A DNA stretch of 64,000 nt from an uncultured Chloroflexia bacterium (GCA_963827965.1 CAWHCW010000018.1:188198-252197); one strand, 5' to 3'. Shown: positions 10,703 through 20,509, counted from the first letter of the stretch. Program-made: numbers and translations. Notes: generated by a model from the letters alone, not told the origin.

Positions 10703-10732
10703 ATGGTAGCGTCACCATTGCTAACGTTACCA
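10703..10732 (+). promoter_or_regulatory. two abutting LacI-family operator-like palindromes
   Basis: aTGGTAGCGTCACCAt (10703-10718) and TGCTAACGTTACCA (10719-10732). Both are near-palindromes centred on CG, about 55 nt upstream of the LacI start. Confidence 0.4.
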
Positions 10733-10787
10733 CCCCGTGGTTCGGGGCCGAAGGCGGTAGCCATCTGATGGGATGAGGGCCGTGTCG

Positions 10788-11818
10788 ATGCCGACGATCG
10801 TCGAAGTGGCCGGTCGCGCCGGCGTCTCGGCCATCACCGTGTCGCGCGTCGTGAACAACTCGGGACCCGTGAGCAGCAAGGTCCGGGCGCGGGTCGAGCA
10901 GGCGATCGCCGACATCGGCTACGTGCCCAACGCCGTTGCCCGGAGCCTGCGCTCGTCGCGGACGGACACGATCGCCCTGGTCGTGACCGACATGACGAAC
11001 CCCTTCTTCACCACCATCGCGCATGGCGTGGAGGCCGCCGTCAGCGACTCCGGGATGATGCTCATCATCTGCAGCACGGACGAGCGCGGTGCGGAGGAGG
11101 AGCGTTACGTCCGGATGCTCCTCCAGCGCCGGGTGGACGGGATCCTGCTCGTCCCGGCCGGAGACGGCGCCGCCGCGATCAGGCAGTGTCGGGAGCAGGG
11201 AACGCCGCTCGTCGTGGTGGACCGGCGGCTCCGCGGACGCGGCGCCGACGTCGTGCGCGCCGATTCGAAGGCGGGCGCCTTCGAGCTGGGCCGCCTGCTC
11301 GTGTCGCTGGGGCATCGAACGATGGCGGTCTTGAGCGGGCCCCGGGCCGTGTCGACGGCCGACGATCGCGTCGCCGGTTTCCGCAAGGCACTCGCCCAGG
11401 CGGAGAACGTTCGACCCCCACGCGTCTACCGCGGCGCCTTCACCATCGAAGGCGGACGGGAGATGGCGAAGCTGGCGGTGTCAGCGACGCCTCGGCCGAC
11501 GGCGCTCTTCGCCGCGAACAACTTCATCGCCATCGGCGTCCTGCACGCCCTCGAGGAGATGGAGCTCCGCGTGCCCGAGGACGTCGCCGTGGTCGGCTTC
11601 GACGACCTGCCGCCGGCGATGGTGACGTTCCCCTTCCTCACCGTGGCAGCCCAGCCGGCCTACGAGATGGGCCAGCGGAGTGTCGCCGTGCTGCTCGATC
11701 GCCTGTCCGGCGGCCGCGGCCCCGGCCAGCGCCGCCGGGAGGTCGTCCTTCCCGACGCAACTGGTCGTGCGGCGCTCCAGCGGCGATCCGCTGGGCGCCC
11801 CGGCACCCCTGGTCCTGA
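10788..11818 (+). CDS. LacI-family transcriptional regulator; frame break near 11750; 3' end uncertain
   Basis: N-terminal HTH (MPTIVEVAGRAGVSAITVSRVVN) and periplasmic-binding-fold core (IALVVTDMTNPFF, VVGFDD). The expected tail TQLVVRRSSG is in the next frame. As assembled there is no stop before the next gene unless the TGA at 11816-11818 (third frame) is used. Confidence 0.75.
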
Positions 11819-11838
11819 ACACGAAAGGCGAGGCGGCG

Positions 11839-12903
11839 ATGACCATCGAGCTCAAGAGCACGGTGCCCGGCACGGACGTCGAGCGGGGACTTGGCAGGGA
11901 CGACCTGATCGTCATCACCGGGGCCGGCGGGTTCATCGCCGGCTCCCTGGTGCGGTACTTCCACGACCTGGGCTACACCCGGATCCGGGCGATCGATCGG
12001 AAGCCGCTGCCCGAGTGGTACCAGCGCGTGCCCGGCGTGGAGTGCCTGTCGATGGACCTGAGCCAGGAGGCAGAACGCCATCCGGGCCGTCGAGGGCGCG
12101 GTCGAGGTGTACAACCTCGCGGCCGACATGGGCGGGATGGGCTTCATCGAGCGCTTCCGCGTCGAGTGCCTGCGCAGCATCCTCATCAACACGCAACCTG
12201 ATCGAGGCGGCCTACCGGGCCGGCGTGAAGCGCTACTTCTTCTCGTCCTCGGCCTGCGCCTACAACACCGACCTCCAGAAGACCCCGGACGCGCTGGCGC
12301 TCAAGGAGTCGGACGCCTACCCGGCGATGGCCGAGCGGGGCTACGGCTGGGAGAAGCTGATCTCGGAGATGTTCTGCCAGGAGTACTGGGCGGAACGTGG
12401 CCTCGAGACGCACATCGCCCGCTTCCACAACATCTACGGGCCCAACGGGACGTGGTTCGGCGGTCGCGAGAAGGCGCCCGCGGCGATGTGCCGCAAGGTC
12501 GATCGAGGCCCGGGACAGCGGCGACCTGCGCATCGAGATCTGGGGAGACGGGACGCAGACGCGCAGCTTCTGCTTCATCGACGACTGCCTGGTCGGGATC
12601 GACCGGATCATGCACAGCGACGCGCTCATCGCGACGCCGATCAACCTCGGCTCCAGCGAGCTCGTCTCGATCAACGAGCTGGTCTCGATCGTCGAGGAGA
12701 TCGCCGGCGTCAGGCTGGCGCGCTCGTACGACCTCGGCGCACCGAAGGGCGTCGCGGGCCGCAACAGCGACAACACCCTCATCCGGAGCATCCTGGGCTG
12801 GGAACCCGGGACGCCCCTGCGGGATGGCATGGCGGCGACGTACGCCTGGATCGCCGACCAGTACGCGGCGCGGAAGGCCGGCAAGGCCGTGGTGGAGGGC
12901 TGA
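11839..12903 (+). CDS. NAD-dependent epimerase of the GDP-mannose 3,5-epimerase (GME) type; frame breaks near 12075, 12190 and 12500
   Basis: ITGAGGFIAGSL Rossmann motif. NIYGPNGTWFGGREKAPAAMCRK, IWGDGTQTRSFCFIDDC and GRNSDNTLI closely parallel plant GME sequences as I remember them. AGGCGAGG SD. Confidence 0.75.
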
Positions 12904-12908
12904 TCCGC

Positions 12909-13705
12909 ATGCCGGGTTCGCCCGCGCTCGGGGACACCATCGGCCGGCTGCCGTATCGCCTCGCCCTGGCGGGCGGATGGATCGATCAGCCCTTCGTGTC
13001 CGCCGCCAATCCCGAGCCTCCGGGATCGATGGTGGTCGTATCCCTGCAGCCGTCGGTCCGCTACATGGACCGGAGTGGCATGGCGACGGGGACCCGCGCC
13101 GTCGCGGCCTCGCTCTGGGGCGACGCAGCTGCCGGCCAGCCGCGGCCCCCTCGAGCTCGTCCGCGAGCTGTACGCGGCCGAGAACGCGGGGATGGCGGAG
13201 CCATCCGGGTCGCAGGACATGTGCGGCCTCATCGTCCCCGGCGTGAGCCGCCTGGACTACGACGCGTCGATCGAAGGCGGCTGCTTCCCCGCTCACATCG
13301 AGTCCACCTGCGACCCGGGCATCGCCGGGTGGCTGGAGCGCGTCCTGCACCTGATCCCCGTGTCGCCTCGGCCGGTGGGGTATGGCCCCCTCGGCGTGAA
13401 GCGACTGGAGCGGGCGTGGATCCGGCGGCTGGGCCAGAGCGGCAGGGACTGCTACGCCGCGATCGTCCGCCAGGACCTCGCGGCGCTGGGCGCCTCACTG
13501 AACGAGTGCTCCAGGTGCTGGGACGCGATTCTGCCGCACACGCTCGAACACCCGACGATCGCGATCGACCTCAAGGGGCTCCTGGCCGTCGTACGGAGCC
13601 CGGTACGACGGGGCCATGTACTCGGGATGCGGCGGCGGCTACCTGGTCGTGGCGTCGGAGGAGGACGTTCCTGGATCGTCCCGCGTCTCCGTCCGAACGG
13701 CCTAG
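12909..13705 (+). CDS. GHMP-family sugar kinase, L-fucokinase/HddA-like; frame breaks near 13130 and 13595
   Basis: RLALAGGWIDQPF (compare the RIDLAGGW-DTPP motif of fucokinase GHMP domains), SGMATGT (GHMP motif II-like), GSQDMCGL, and C-terminal GAMYSGCGGGYLVV. Start is 6 nt after the epimerase stop. Confidence 0.6.
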
Positions 13706-13716
13706 GGGACGATCGG

Positions 13717-14574
13717 GTGAACGACGCACGGCCGTCTGCGGCGGAGCGCGCTGGCAGCCCATCCACGGTCGTCGTGTCGGCGAGCCTCGACAACCTGCGC
13801 TCCTCCGATGTCCGCTTCCTCCAGGAGGCCGCCCGGCTGGGAGCGGTCCACGTGCGACTCCCCTCCGACGGGCTGATCGAGTCCCGGACCGGGCGCCCAC
13901 CGCGCTTTCCGCAGGCGGAGCGGCGATACCTGGCGACCGCATTGCGCCCCGTGAACAGCGCCGGCGTGGTTCGGCGGCCGGCGGCGGCCGCGCTCCGGGA
14001 CGTCGCCGCCCGGTATACCACCCTCGTCGTGCCGCCAGGCGAGGACGATCGCGACCTTCGCGCCGAGTGCCGTGCCCGCGGCATCGGCTACCACCCGCTT
14101 CGACCAGGAGACCTCGCCGGATTCCCGCCGTTCGAGGACGAACGATCGACAGCCCCGCCCGGCGCCCGGCGGGTGATCGTCACCGGGTGCTTCGACCGGC
14201 TCCACTCGGGCCACATCCGGTTCTTCATGGATGCTGCCGCCCTTGGCGAGCTGTACGTCGTCGTCGGGAGCGACGCGAACGTCGGGCTGCTCAAGGGACC
14301 CGGCCATCCGCTGCACGGGCAGGACGAACGGCGGTACATGGTGCAGGCGGTGCGCAGCGTGCATCGCGGCCTCGTCTCCAGCGGGAAGGGCTGGATGGAC
14401 GCCGAGCCGGAGATCGAGGAGATCCAGCCGCACGTGTACGTCGTGAACGAGGACGGCGACCAACCGGAGAAGCGCGAGTTCTGTCGCGCCCACGGCCTCG
14501 AGTACGTCGTGCTCCAGCGCAAGCCCCATCGCGGTCTCCCGGCGCGGACGAGCACGGACCTGCGGGGCTTCTGA
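13717..14574 (+). CDS. tandem cytidylyltransferase-fold (HIGH-motif) nucleotidyltransferase; N-terminal copy degenerate
   Basis: The C-terminal half has VIVTGCFDRLHSGHIRF..VVVGSD..ERRYMVQAVRSV, as in TagD / RfaE domain II. The N-terminal half aligns to it (VVVSASLDNLRSSDVRF..ERRYLATALRPV) but lacks HxGH. GTG start with AGGGGA SD. Intact. Confidence 0.6.
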   Translation: MNDARPSAAERAGSPSTVVVSASLDNLRSSDVRFLQEAARLGAVHVRLPSDGLIESRTGRPPRFPQAERRYLATALRPVNSAGVVRRPAAAALRDVAARYTTLVVPPGEDDRDLRAECRARGIGYHPLRPGDLAGFPPFEDERSTAPPGARRVIVTGCFDRLHSGHIRFFMDAAALGELYVVVGSDANVGLLKGPGHPLHGQDERRYMVQAVRSVHRGLVSSGKGWMDAEPEIEEIQPHVYVVNEDGDQPEKREFCRAHGLEYVVLQRKPHRGLPARTSTDLRGF

Positions 14575-14704
14575 CGCGCTGCGAGTCCCGGCCAACCGCA
14601 CGTTGCGAAGGCGAACGTCGAGCATGGCACGGTGAGCAGATCGCCGGGGCCCGCAGCAGTGTCCCGCTGGGCTGCGAAGTGTTGTGATCATGGTCTGACT
14701 CGAC

Positions 14705-14734
14705 TTGACATTCGGCATCTGTTCGATGCAATAT
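14705..14734 (+). promoter_or_regulatory. sigma-A-like promoter for the DeoR/ABC transporter operon
   Basis: TTGACA (14705-14710), 18-nt spacer with TG at 14726-14727, CAATAT (14729-14734). Lies in an AT-richer intergenic patch about 55 nt upstream of GTG 14789. Confidence 0.4.
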
Positions 14735-14788
14735 GCGCGCAATCGCAACCAACTGGAAGTTCGTGGCGTTCAGCCGGAGTGAGATGCC

Positions 14789-15667
14789 GTGACCGCGAAG
14801 GCCGCCGACCTGCCCGAGGGCGTCTTTGCGCGCGAGCGCCAGCAGCAGATCGCGCAGCTCGTGGCGGAGAACGGGCGGGCCAGGGTCACCGACCTCGCCC
14901 GGCGTTTCGGCGTCTCCCCGGTCACGATCCGGAAGGACCTCGTCATCCTCGACAGCGAGCGCCGCGTCATCCGCACGCACGGAGGCGCGATCGCTCCGGG
15001 CGGCAGTCGCCCCGAGCCTGCCTTCGAGATTCGCGAGCGCCTCCAGCGCGTGGAGAAGTCCCGGATGGGAGCCGCCGCGGCGGCCAGCGTCGCCGACGGC
15101 GAAAGCATCGTGCTCGACGCCAGCACGTCGGCCCTGTACGTCGCCCGGCACCTCAAGGGACGCGGGGCCTGGCAGGGGCTGACCGTGGTCACGAACAGCA
15201 TCCGGATCGCCTCCGAGCTGGCGGGCCACCCGGGCATCACCGTCCTGCTGATGGGCGGCCGGGTCCGCTGGGAGGCCCTGTCGGTTGTCGGCCCGCTGGG
15301 CGACGGCGTCTTCCGCCGGGTGAACGTGCAGAAGGCGTTCCTGGGCGCGGCCGGGTTCACGATCGAGGTGGGCCTCTCGGACGCCATGGAGGAGGAGGCC
15401 CAGATCAAGCGGTCGATGGTGGCGGCCGCGCGGGAGGTCTACGCCGTCGTCGACCGCACCAAGTGGGGCCGCGTCGCGTCGGCCACCTTCTGCCGGACGG
15501 ACCGGCTCACGGGGGTGTTCACGGGCGGCGATGCGCCCGCGGACATGGTCGCCGCCCTCCACGACGCGGGCATCGCGGTCGTGGAGGTCGGGCCGGGCGA
15601 TGACGCCGAGCGGGCCGACGCCGGCGGGCGGACCAGGGCCGCCCCGGGGCCCGAGGTCCTCTCGTGA
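14789..15667 (+). CDS. DeoR-family transcriptional regulator (sugar operon)
   Basis: HTH (VTDLARRFGVSPVTIRKDL) plus a DeoR C-terminal domain. Intact. The stop overlaps the next start by 4 nt. Confidence 0.85.
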   Translation: MTAKAADLPEGVFARERQQQIAQLVAENGRARVTDLARRFGVSPVTIRKDLVILDSERRVIRTHGGAIAPGGSRPEPAFEIRERLQRVEKSRMGAAAAASVADGESIVLDASTSALYVARHLKGRGAWQGLTVVTNSIRIASELAGHPGITVLLMGGRVRWEALSVVGPLGDGVFRRVNVQKAFLGAAGFTIEVGLSDAMEEEAQIKRSMVAAAREVYAVVDRTKWGRVASATFCRTDRLTGVFTGGDAPADMVAALHDAGIAVVEVGPGDDAERADAGGRTRAAPGPEVLS

Positions 15668-17193
15668 CGGTCTCGGCGATGAGCGAAACCGACGACCACG
15701 GGACGAGGACGACGACGCCGCTGCTCGAGGTCGCCGACCTCACCCGCCGTTTCCATGGCGTCGTCGCCGTCGATCACGTCGACTTCGACGTGCGGCCCGG
15801 GGAGATCCACGCGCTCGTGGGCGAGAACGGGGCTGGCAAGTCGACCGTGATCAACATCATCGGCGGGGTCCTCCAGCCGACCGCCGGCTCAATCCGGATC
15901 GACGGTCTGGGTCGCCACTTCCCGACGCCGGCCAGTGCCCAGGCAGCGGGCATCAGCGTCATCTTCCAGGAATTCAACCTGCTGCCGCACCTGAGTGTCG
16001 CCGAGAACATCTACATCAACCGCGAGCCGACCAGGGGGCCGGTCATCGACTGGTCGGCAATGGAGCGCGGCAGCACGGAGGTGCTGCAGCGCCTGGGCTT
16101 GAACGTGGATCCACAGATCGCGGTGGATCAGCTCTCCGTCGCCCAGCAGCAGCTCGTCGAGATTGCCCGGGCGCTCTCATTCAAGTCACGAGTCATCGTG
16201 ATGGACGAACCCACGGCGTCCTTGAGCGACCGCGAGGCAGACCGCCTGCTGGAGATCGTGCGCGACCTCGCTGCGGAGGGCACGGCGATCATCTATGTCT
16301 CCCATCGCCTGGCGGAGGTGCTCGCCATCGCCGACCGCGTCACGGTCCTCCGCGACGGGCGGCGCGTGTTCACCAGGCCCCGTGAGGGACTGGACGAGTC
16401 GCAGCTCGTGGCGGCGATGGTCGGCCGCGAGCTCGTCCACGCGACGTCGCCGCACAGGGTCCCGGGGGAGCTGCGACTGCGCGTTCGTGACCTCGCGGTC
16501 GATCGCGTCGAAGGGGTCTCGTTCGACCTGCATGCCGGCGAAGTGGTGGGCCTCGCGGGGCTGATGGGGTGTGGTGCCACCGAGGTCGTCGAAGGCCTGT
16601 TCGGGCTGCGACCGTTCACGGCCGAAGAAGTCACGATCGTCGGGCAGGCCATCGCGATCCGCGGCCCGGGTGAGGCGCTCCGGGCCGGCTTTGGATACGT
16701 CCCCGACGATCGCAAGCGGAAGGGGATCATCCCGGACCTGCCGATCAAGCACAACATCAGCCTCGGCGTCCTGGGCAGGATGCGCCGCTTTCTCTTCATC
16801 GACGGGCGACGCGACCGCTCGATGGCCGAGGGATTCAAGCGGCGTCTCAACATCCGCTGCAACGACATCGAGCAGGAGGTTGCCGGGCTGAGCGGCGGCA
16901 ATCAGCAGAAGGTGGTCCTGGCGCGTGCCCTGGCGAGCGAAAGCCGGGTCCTGATGCTTGCCGAACCGACCCGTGGCGTGGACGTCGGCGCGAAGGAGGA
17001 GATCTATTCACTCATCGATGCCCTTGTCGCCGATGGGATGGCCGTTCTCCTCCAGACCTCGGAGCTGCCCGAGCTGATCCGGCTGGCCAATCGATGTGTC
17101 GTCATGGCAAACGGCATCCCGCAAGGGGAGCTGGCGGGTTCCGAATTGACACAGGAGTCGGTCATGACCCTGGCCACCAGGTTCGACGTATGA
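15664..17193 (+). CDS. sugar ABC transporter ATP-binding protein (two fused ABC domains, CUT2/ribose type)
   Basis: Walker A GENGAGKST, signature LSVAQQQ / LSGGNQQK, and a duplicated ABC cassette. Intact 509 aa. Confidence 0.9.
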   Translation: MTVSAMSETDDHGTRTTTPLLEVADLTRRFHGVVAVDHVDFDVRPGEIHALVGENGAGKSTVINIIGGVLQPTAGSIRIDGLGRHFPTPASAQAAGISVIFQEFNLLPHLSVAENIYINREPTRGPVIDWSAMERGSTEVLQRLGLNVDPQIAVDQLSVAQQQLVEIARALSFKSRVIVMDEPTASLSDREADRLLEIVRDLAAEGTAIIYVSHRLAEVLAIADRVTVLRDGRRVFTRPREGLDESQLVAAMVGRELVHATSPHRVPGELRLRVRDLAVDRVEGVSFDLHAGEVVGLAGLMGCGATEVVEGLFGLRPFTAEEVTIVGQAIAIRGPGEALRAGFGYVPDDRKRKGIIPDLPIKHNISLGVLGRMRRFLFIDGRRDRSMAEGFKRRLNIRCNDIEQEVAGLSGGNQQKVVLARALASESRVLMLAEPTRGVDVGAKEEIYSLIDALVADGMAVLLQTSELPELIRLANRCVVMANGIPQGELAGSELTQESVMTLATRFDV

Positions 17194-18173
17194 CCTCGCC
17201 CGTGGACGGCGTTCGGCGCACTGCGCTGGCCGTGTGGCGCACGTACCGGGTCGGCCTGTTCGTCGTCGGGGTGGGGCTGGCTCTCACGCTGCTCACCCCG
17301 CGGTTCCTCGTCGAGGGGAACCTGGTCAACGTCCTCACCAACGCCGCGGTCGTCGCGATCGTCGGCCTGGGCATGACCCTGGTCATCGCCAGCGGCAACT
17401 TCGATCTCTCCGTCGGAGCCATCGCGGCATTCGCGGGCGCCATATCGCTCAGCGTCGTGCCCACCCTCGGGGTCGGGCCGGGCATCGCGGCCGGTCTCAT
17501 CGCGGGAGCGGGCGTCGGGTTTGTCAACGGCCTGATCGTGGCCGAGCTGCGCGTTCCGGCCTTCATCGCGACCCTCGGAACGTTGACGATCCTCCGGGGG
17601 CTGACCCTGATCTACACCGGCGGCAGGGACATCTACCTCGTCGGGGAGACCGGCTACAAGATCCTGTCAGCCGGGGCAATGCCCGTGGTGCTCGCGCTCG
17701 TGGTCGCCGCCATCCTGGCCCAGGTGGTGGCCCACACGCGGCTCGGTCGCCACGTGCTCGCCGTGGGCAGCAACCAGGCGGCGGCCACGCGAGCCGGCGT
17801 GCGGTCGAACCGGATCCTGTGGGCCGTCTTCGCGGTCGTGGGCGCCACGGCAGCACTCACGGGGATGATCATCAGCGCCCAGGTGCTGACGGCGAACGGC
17901 AGGCTGGCCACCGGCCTCGAGCTGTCCGCGATCGCGGTGGTCGTCATCGGCGGTACGCCCCTGACTGGTGGCCGAGCGACCATGATCGGCACGCTGCTCG
18001 GCGCCTTGCTGATCTCGGAGATCAACAACGGCCTGAACCTGCTCAACGTCCCCGTCTTCTACCAGAGCCTCACCACGGGGGTGCTGCTCCTCGCCGCGGT
18101 CGGGATCAGCACGGCCGGTCGCCAGTTCGTGAAGCGCGCCATCCTGCCGCCGATCCAAAGGATGAGCGAATGA
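17190..18173 (+). CDS. sugar ABC transporter permease (CUT2 type)
   Basis: ATGA overlap with the ATPase stop. Multi-pass hydrophobic translation typical of RbsC-like permeases. Intact. Confidence 0.9.
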   Translation: MTSPVDGVRRTALAVWRTYRVGLFVVGVGLALTLLTPRFLVEGNLVNVLTNAAVVAIVGLGMTLVIASGNFDLSVGAIAAFAGAISLSVVPTLGVGPGIAAGLIAGAGVGFVNGLIVAELRVPAFIATLGTLTILRGLTLIYTGGRDIYLVGETGYKILSAGAMPVVLALVVAAILAQVVAHTRLGRHVLAVGSNQAAATRAGVRSNRILWAVFAVVGATAALTGMIISAQVLTANGRLATGLELSAIAVVVIGGTPLTGGRATMIGTLLGALLISEINNGLNLLNVPVFYQSLTTGVLLLAAVGISTAGRQFVKRAILPPIQRMSE

Positions 18174-19150
18174 CGACGACGACCGTATCTCGGACGAGGT
18201 TCGACATGGGCGGGCTCTGGACACGATTCGGGATCGTCTTCGTCCTGGCCGCCCTCTGGGCGGTTGGCGTTGCGCTCGTCCCGAACTTCTCCAGCCCCGA
18301 CAACCTCACCAGCATCCTGCGCCAGAGCTCCTTCGTCGGGATCGCCTCGATCGGGATGACGATGGCGATCGTCGCCGGACTGTTCGACCTGTCCGTCGGC
18401 TCGACCCTGGCGCTTGCTGCATGGGCGTCCGTGCTCACGGCATCGGCGACCGGGAGCCCCCTCGCGGCGCTCCTGGCCGCGGTGGCCATCGGCATGATCG
18501 TCGGATCGATCAACGGGATCTTCGTCACCGTCGTCCGGATCCCGGCGTTCATCACGACCCTCGGGATGCTGTTCGTCGTGGCGGGCGTGACGCTGATCCT
18601 GACGAACGGAGAAGCAGCCCGTTACAACGGGCCTGAGTTCATCTGGTGGGGCAACGCCGCGCTGGGCTTTGTCCCGGTTCCGTTCGCGGTCTTCATCGTG
18701 TGCGCGCTCGTCGGGTCCGCCCTGCTTCGGTTCACGTCGCTTGGCAGGCATCTGTTCGCCATCGGATCGAACGCTCCGGCTGCCCATGTGGCAGGCGTTC
18801 CGATCAACACCGCCACCTTCCTCGTCTTCGTCGTGGTGGGCATCTTCGTCGGCATCAGCGCGATGCTGCTCGGATCGCGCCTGTACTCGGCTGGACCGGG
18901 CCTGGAGGCCGGGTTCGAGCTGAACGTGATTGCGTGCGTGGTTCTCGGCGGCACCCGCCTCACGGGGGGCCGCGGCACGGTCGTGGGCACGGTGGCCGCA
19001 GCGATCCTGTTCACGACGCTGGGCAACCTCCTCAACCTGCTTCACACCGACCCGTTCGTGCAGCGGGTGGCGACCGGTCTCGTGCTGGTGACAGCCCTCT
19101 CCATCGAGGGGGTACGACAGCGACTCGCCGAGCGGACCGGATCCGAATAG
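18170..19150 (+). CDS. sugar ABC transporter permease (CUT2 type), second copy
   Basis: ATGA overlap with the previous permease. RbsC-like membrane protein. Intact. Confidence 0.9.
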   Translation: MTTTTVSRTRFDMGGLWTRFGIVFVLAALWAVGVALVPNFSSPDNLTSILRQSSFVGIASIGMTMAIVAGLFDLSVGSTLALAAWASVLTASATGSPLAALLAAVAIGMIVGSINGIFVTVVRIPAFITTLGMLFVVAGVTLILTNGEAARYNGPEFIWWGNAALGFVPVPFAVFIVCALVGSALLRFTSLGRHLFAIGSNAPAAHVAGVPINTATFLVFVVVGIFVGISAMLLGSRLYSAGPGLEAGFELNVIACVVLGGTRLTGGRGTVVGTVAAAILFTTLGNLLNLLHTDPFVQRVATGLVLVTALSIEGVRQRLAERTGSE

Positions 19151-19270
19151 GCGGTCCATACCTGTGGCCATGACATCAAGGAGGAGACGCCAACGGGGTG
19201 GAACTTGACCGATCGATCACATCGTTCTGAGCGACCAGCCCTCGTGAGAGACATGCAAGGAGATACGCGA

Positions 19271-20305
19271 ATGCAACTGTCCCGGCACCCTGTCCGCATG
19301 GCGTCGCTGGCTGCCGTGGCCACGCTGCTGGTGGCTGCGTGCTCGTCGGGAGGCTCGCCGACGCCCTCGACAGGCACGGCGACGGCCAGCCCGGCCCCGG
19401 CCACTGCCAGCCCGGCGCCGTCCGCAACGGCATGCAAGATCGGCTTCTCGGTCTACGACATGCAGTACGGGTTCTTCCAGCAGATGGAGAAGGGCACCAA
19501 GGAGGCGGCCACCGCCGCCGGGTGCGAGTACGTCCTGGTCGACCAGAAGAGCAGCGAGTCCACCATGGTCTCGGCGACCCAGGACCTCCTGAACCAGGGC
19601 ATCACGTCCCTGATCATCTCCCCGATCAAGCCTGACGCCATGGGCCCCATCGTCGATGCCGCGCATGCGAAGGGGATCCCGGTCGTCGTGGATGACATCG
19701 GCGGTGGCGGCACGAACTACGACGCCATCGTGATCTCGGACAACATGAAGGGTGGCGTCCTGGCCGCCGAGACCATGGACAAGCTCATCGCGGCCAAGGC
19801 CGGGGCGAGCAAGAACGTCGCTTCCATCACCTGCGAGCCCAGCGCGGTCTATGCCGCGCGGCGCAACCAGGGCTTCGAGGCCCGGATCAAGGAGCTTGGC
19901 TACACCGTGGTCGCCTCCCTGTCCGGGAACAGCAAGCAGGAAGAGGGCTACAAGGTCATGAAGGATGTCCTCTCTGCCAACCCCGACGTGGCGGGCGTCT
20001 TCTCGTGCAACGACCCGATGGCGGTTGGCGCGGCCCAGGCCGTCGCGGACGCCGGCAAGAGCGGCTCCAAGGACATCTTCGTGATCGGCTTCAACGCTGA
20101 TGACATCGCCCTGCAGGCGATCAAGGCCGGCCAGATGTCGGCCACGGTTCAGCAGGTTCCCTTCGAGATGGGCAAGAAGACCGTCGACCTGGCGCTCCAG
20201 CTGGAAGCCGGCAAGACGTTGACCTACGACAACCCCGACGTGCGCGAGATCCTCGTTCCCGTCAACCTCATCGACGCGAGCAACGTCGACACTCTGCTCA
20301 AGTAG
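19271..20305 (+). CDS. sugar ABC transporter substrate-binding lipoprotein
   Basis: AAGGAGA SD. Lipobox LLVAAC followed by an S/T/P/A-rich linker, then a periplasmic-binding-protein type I fold (GFSVYDMQYGFFQ, VGFNAD). Confidence 0.85.
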   Translation: MQLSRHPVRMASLAAVATLLVAACSSGGSPTPSTGTATASPAPATASPAPSATACKIGFSVYDMQYGFFQQMEKGTKEAATAAGCEYVLVDQKSSESTMVSATQDLLNQGITSLIISPIKPDAMGPIVDAAHAKGIPVVVDDIGGGGTNYDAIVISDNMKGGVLAAETMDKLIAAKAGASKNVASITCEPSAVYAARRNQGFEARIKELGYTVVASLSGNSKQEEGYKVMKDVLSANPDVAGVFSCNDPMAVGAAQAVADAGKSGSKDIFVIGFNADDIALQAIKAGQMSATVQQVPFEMGKKTVDLALQLEAGKTLTYDNPDVREILVPVNLIDASNVDTLLK

Positions 20306-20322
20306 CTCGCGCCAGCCCAGGG

Positions 20323-20353
20323 ATCGGCGGGCCCCTCCCCGGGGTCCGCCGAT
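20323..20353 (+). terminator. stem-loop after the binding-protein gene
   Basis: 13-bp stem ATCGGCGGGCCCC / GGGGTCCGCCGAT (one G-U pair) with a 5-nt loop, 18 nt after the stop. No U-tract. Confidence 0.45.
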
Positions 20354-20509
20354 GGATCATCCAGGGGAGCGCAGTCTGTACGCCGCGGTTCGGGTGCGGG
20401 GCTCCACCGAGATGGTCGGGTGCGCCCCTGCGGACCACGCGGCGATCGCGCCACACATTCGCGTGATGACGCGCCAGCCAATCCGTCAACCCGATCCGAG
20501 GAATGCCCC

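Noticed and set aside
10773-14687. Very long ORFs in the track that could be read as giant multidomain proteins: 10773..14687 (1304 aa), 413..2806, 25053..28322, 48531..51581, 52460..55018 and 6911..8965.
   Set aside because: Only short parts of each translate into recognisable protein. The rest is Arg/Pro/Gly-rich read-through typical of stop-poor high-GC DNA. These ORFs are chimeras that pass through several real genes lying in other frames.
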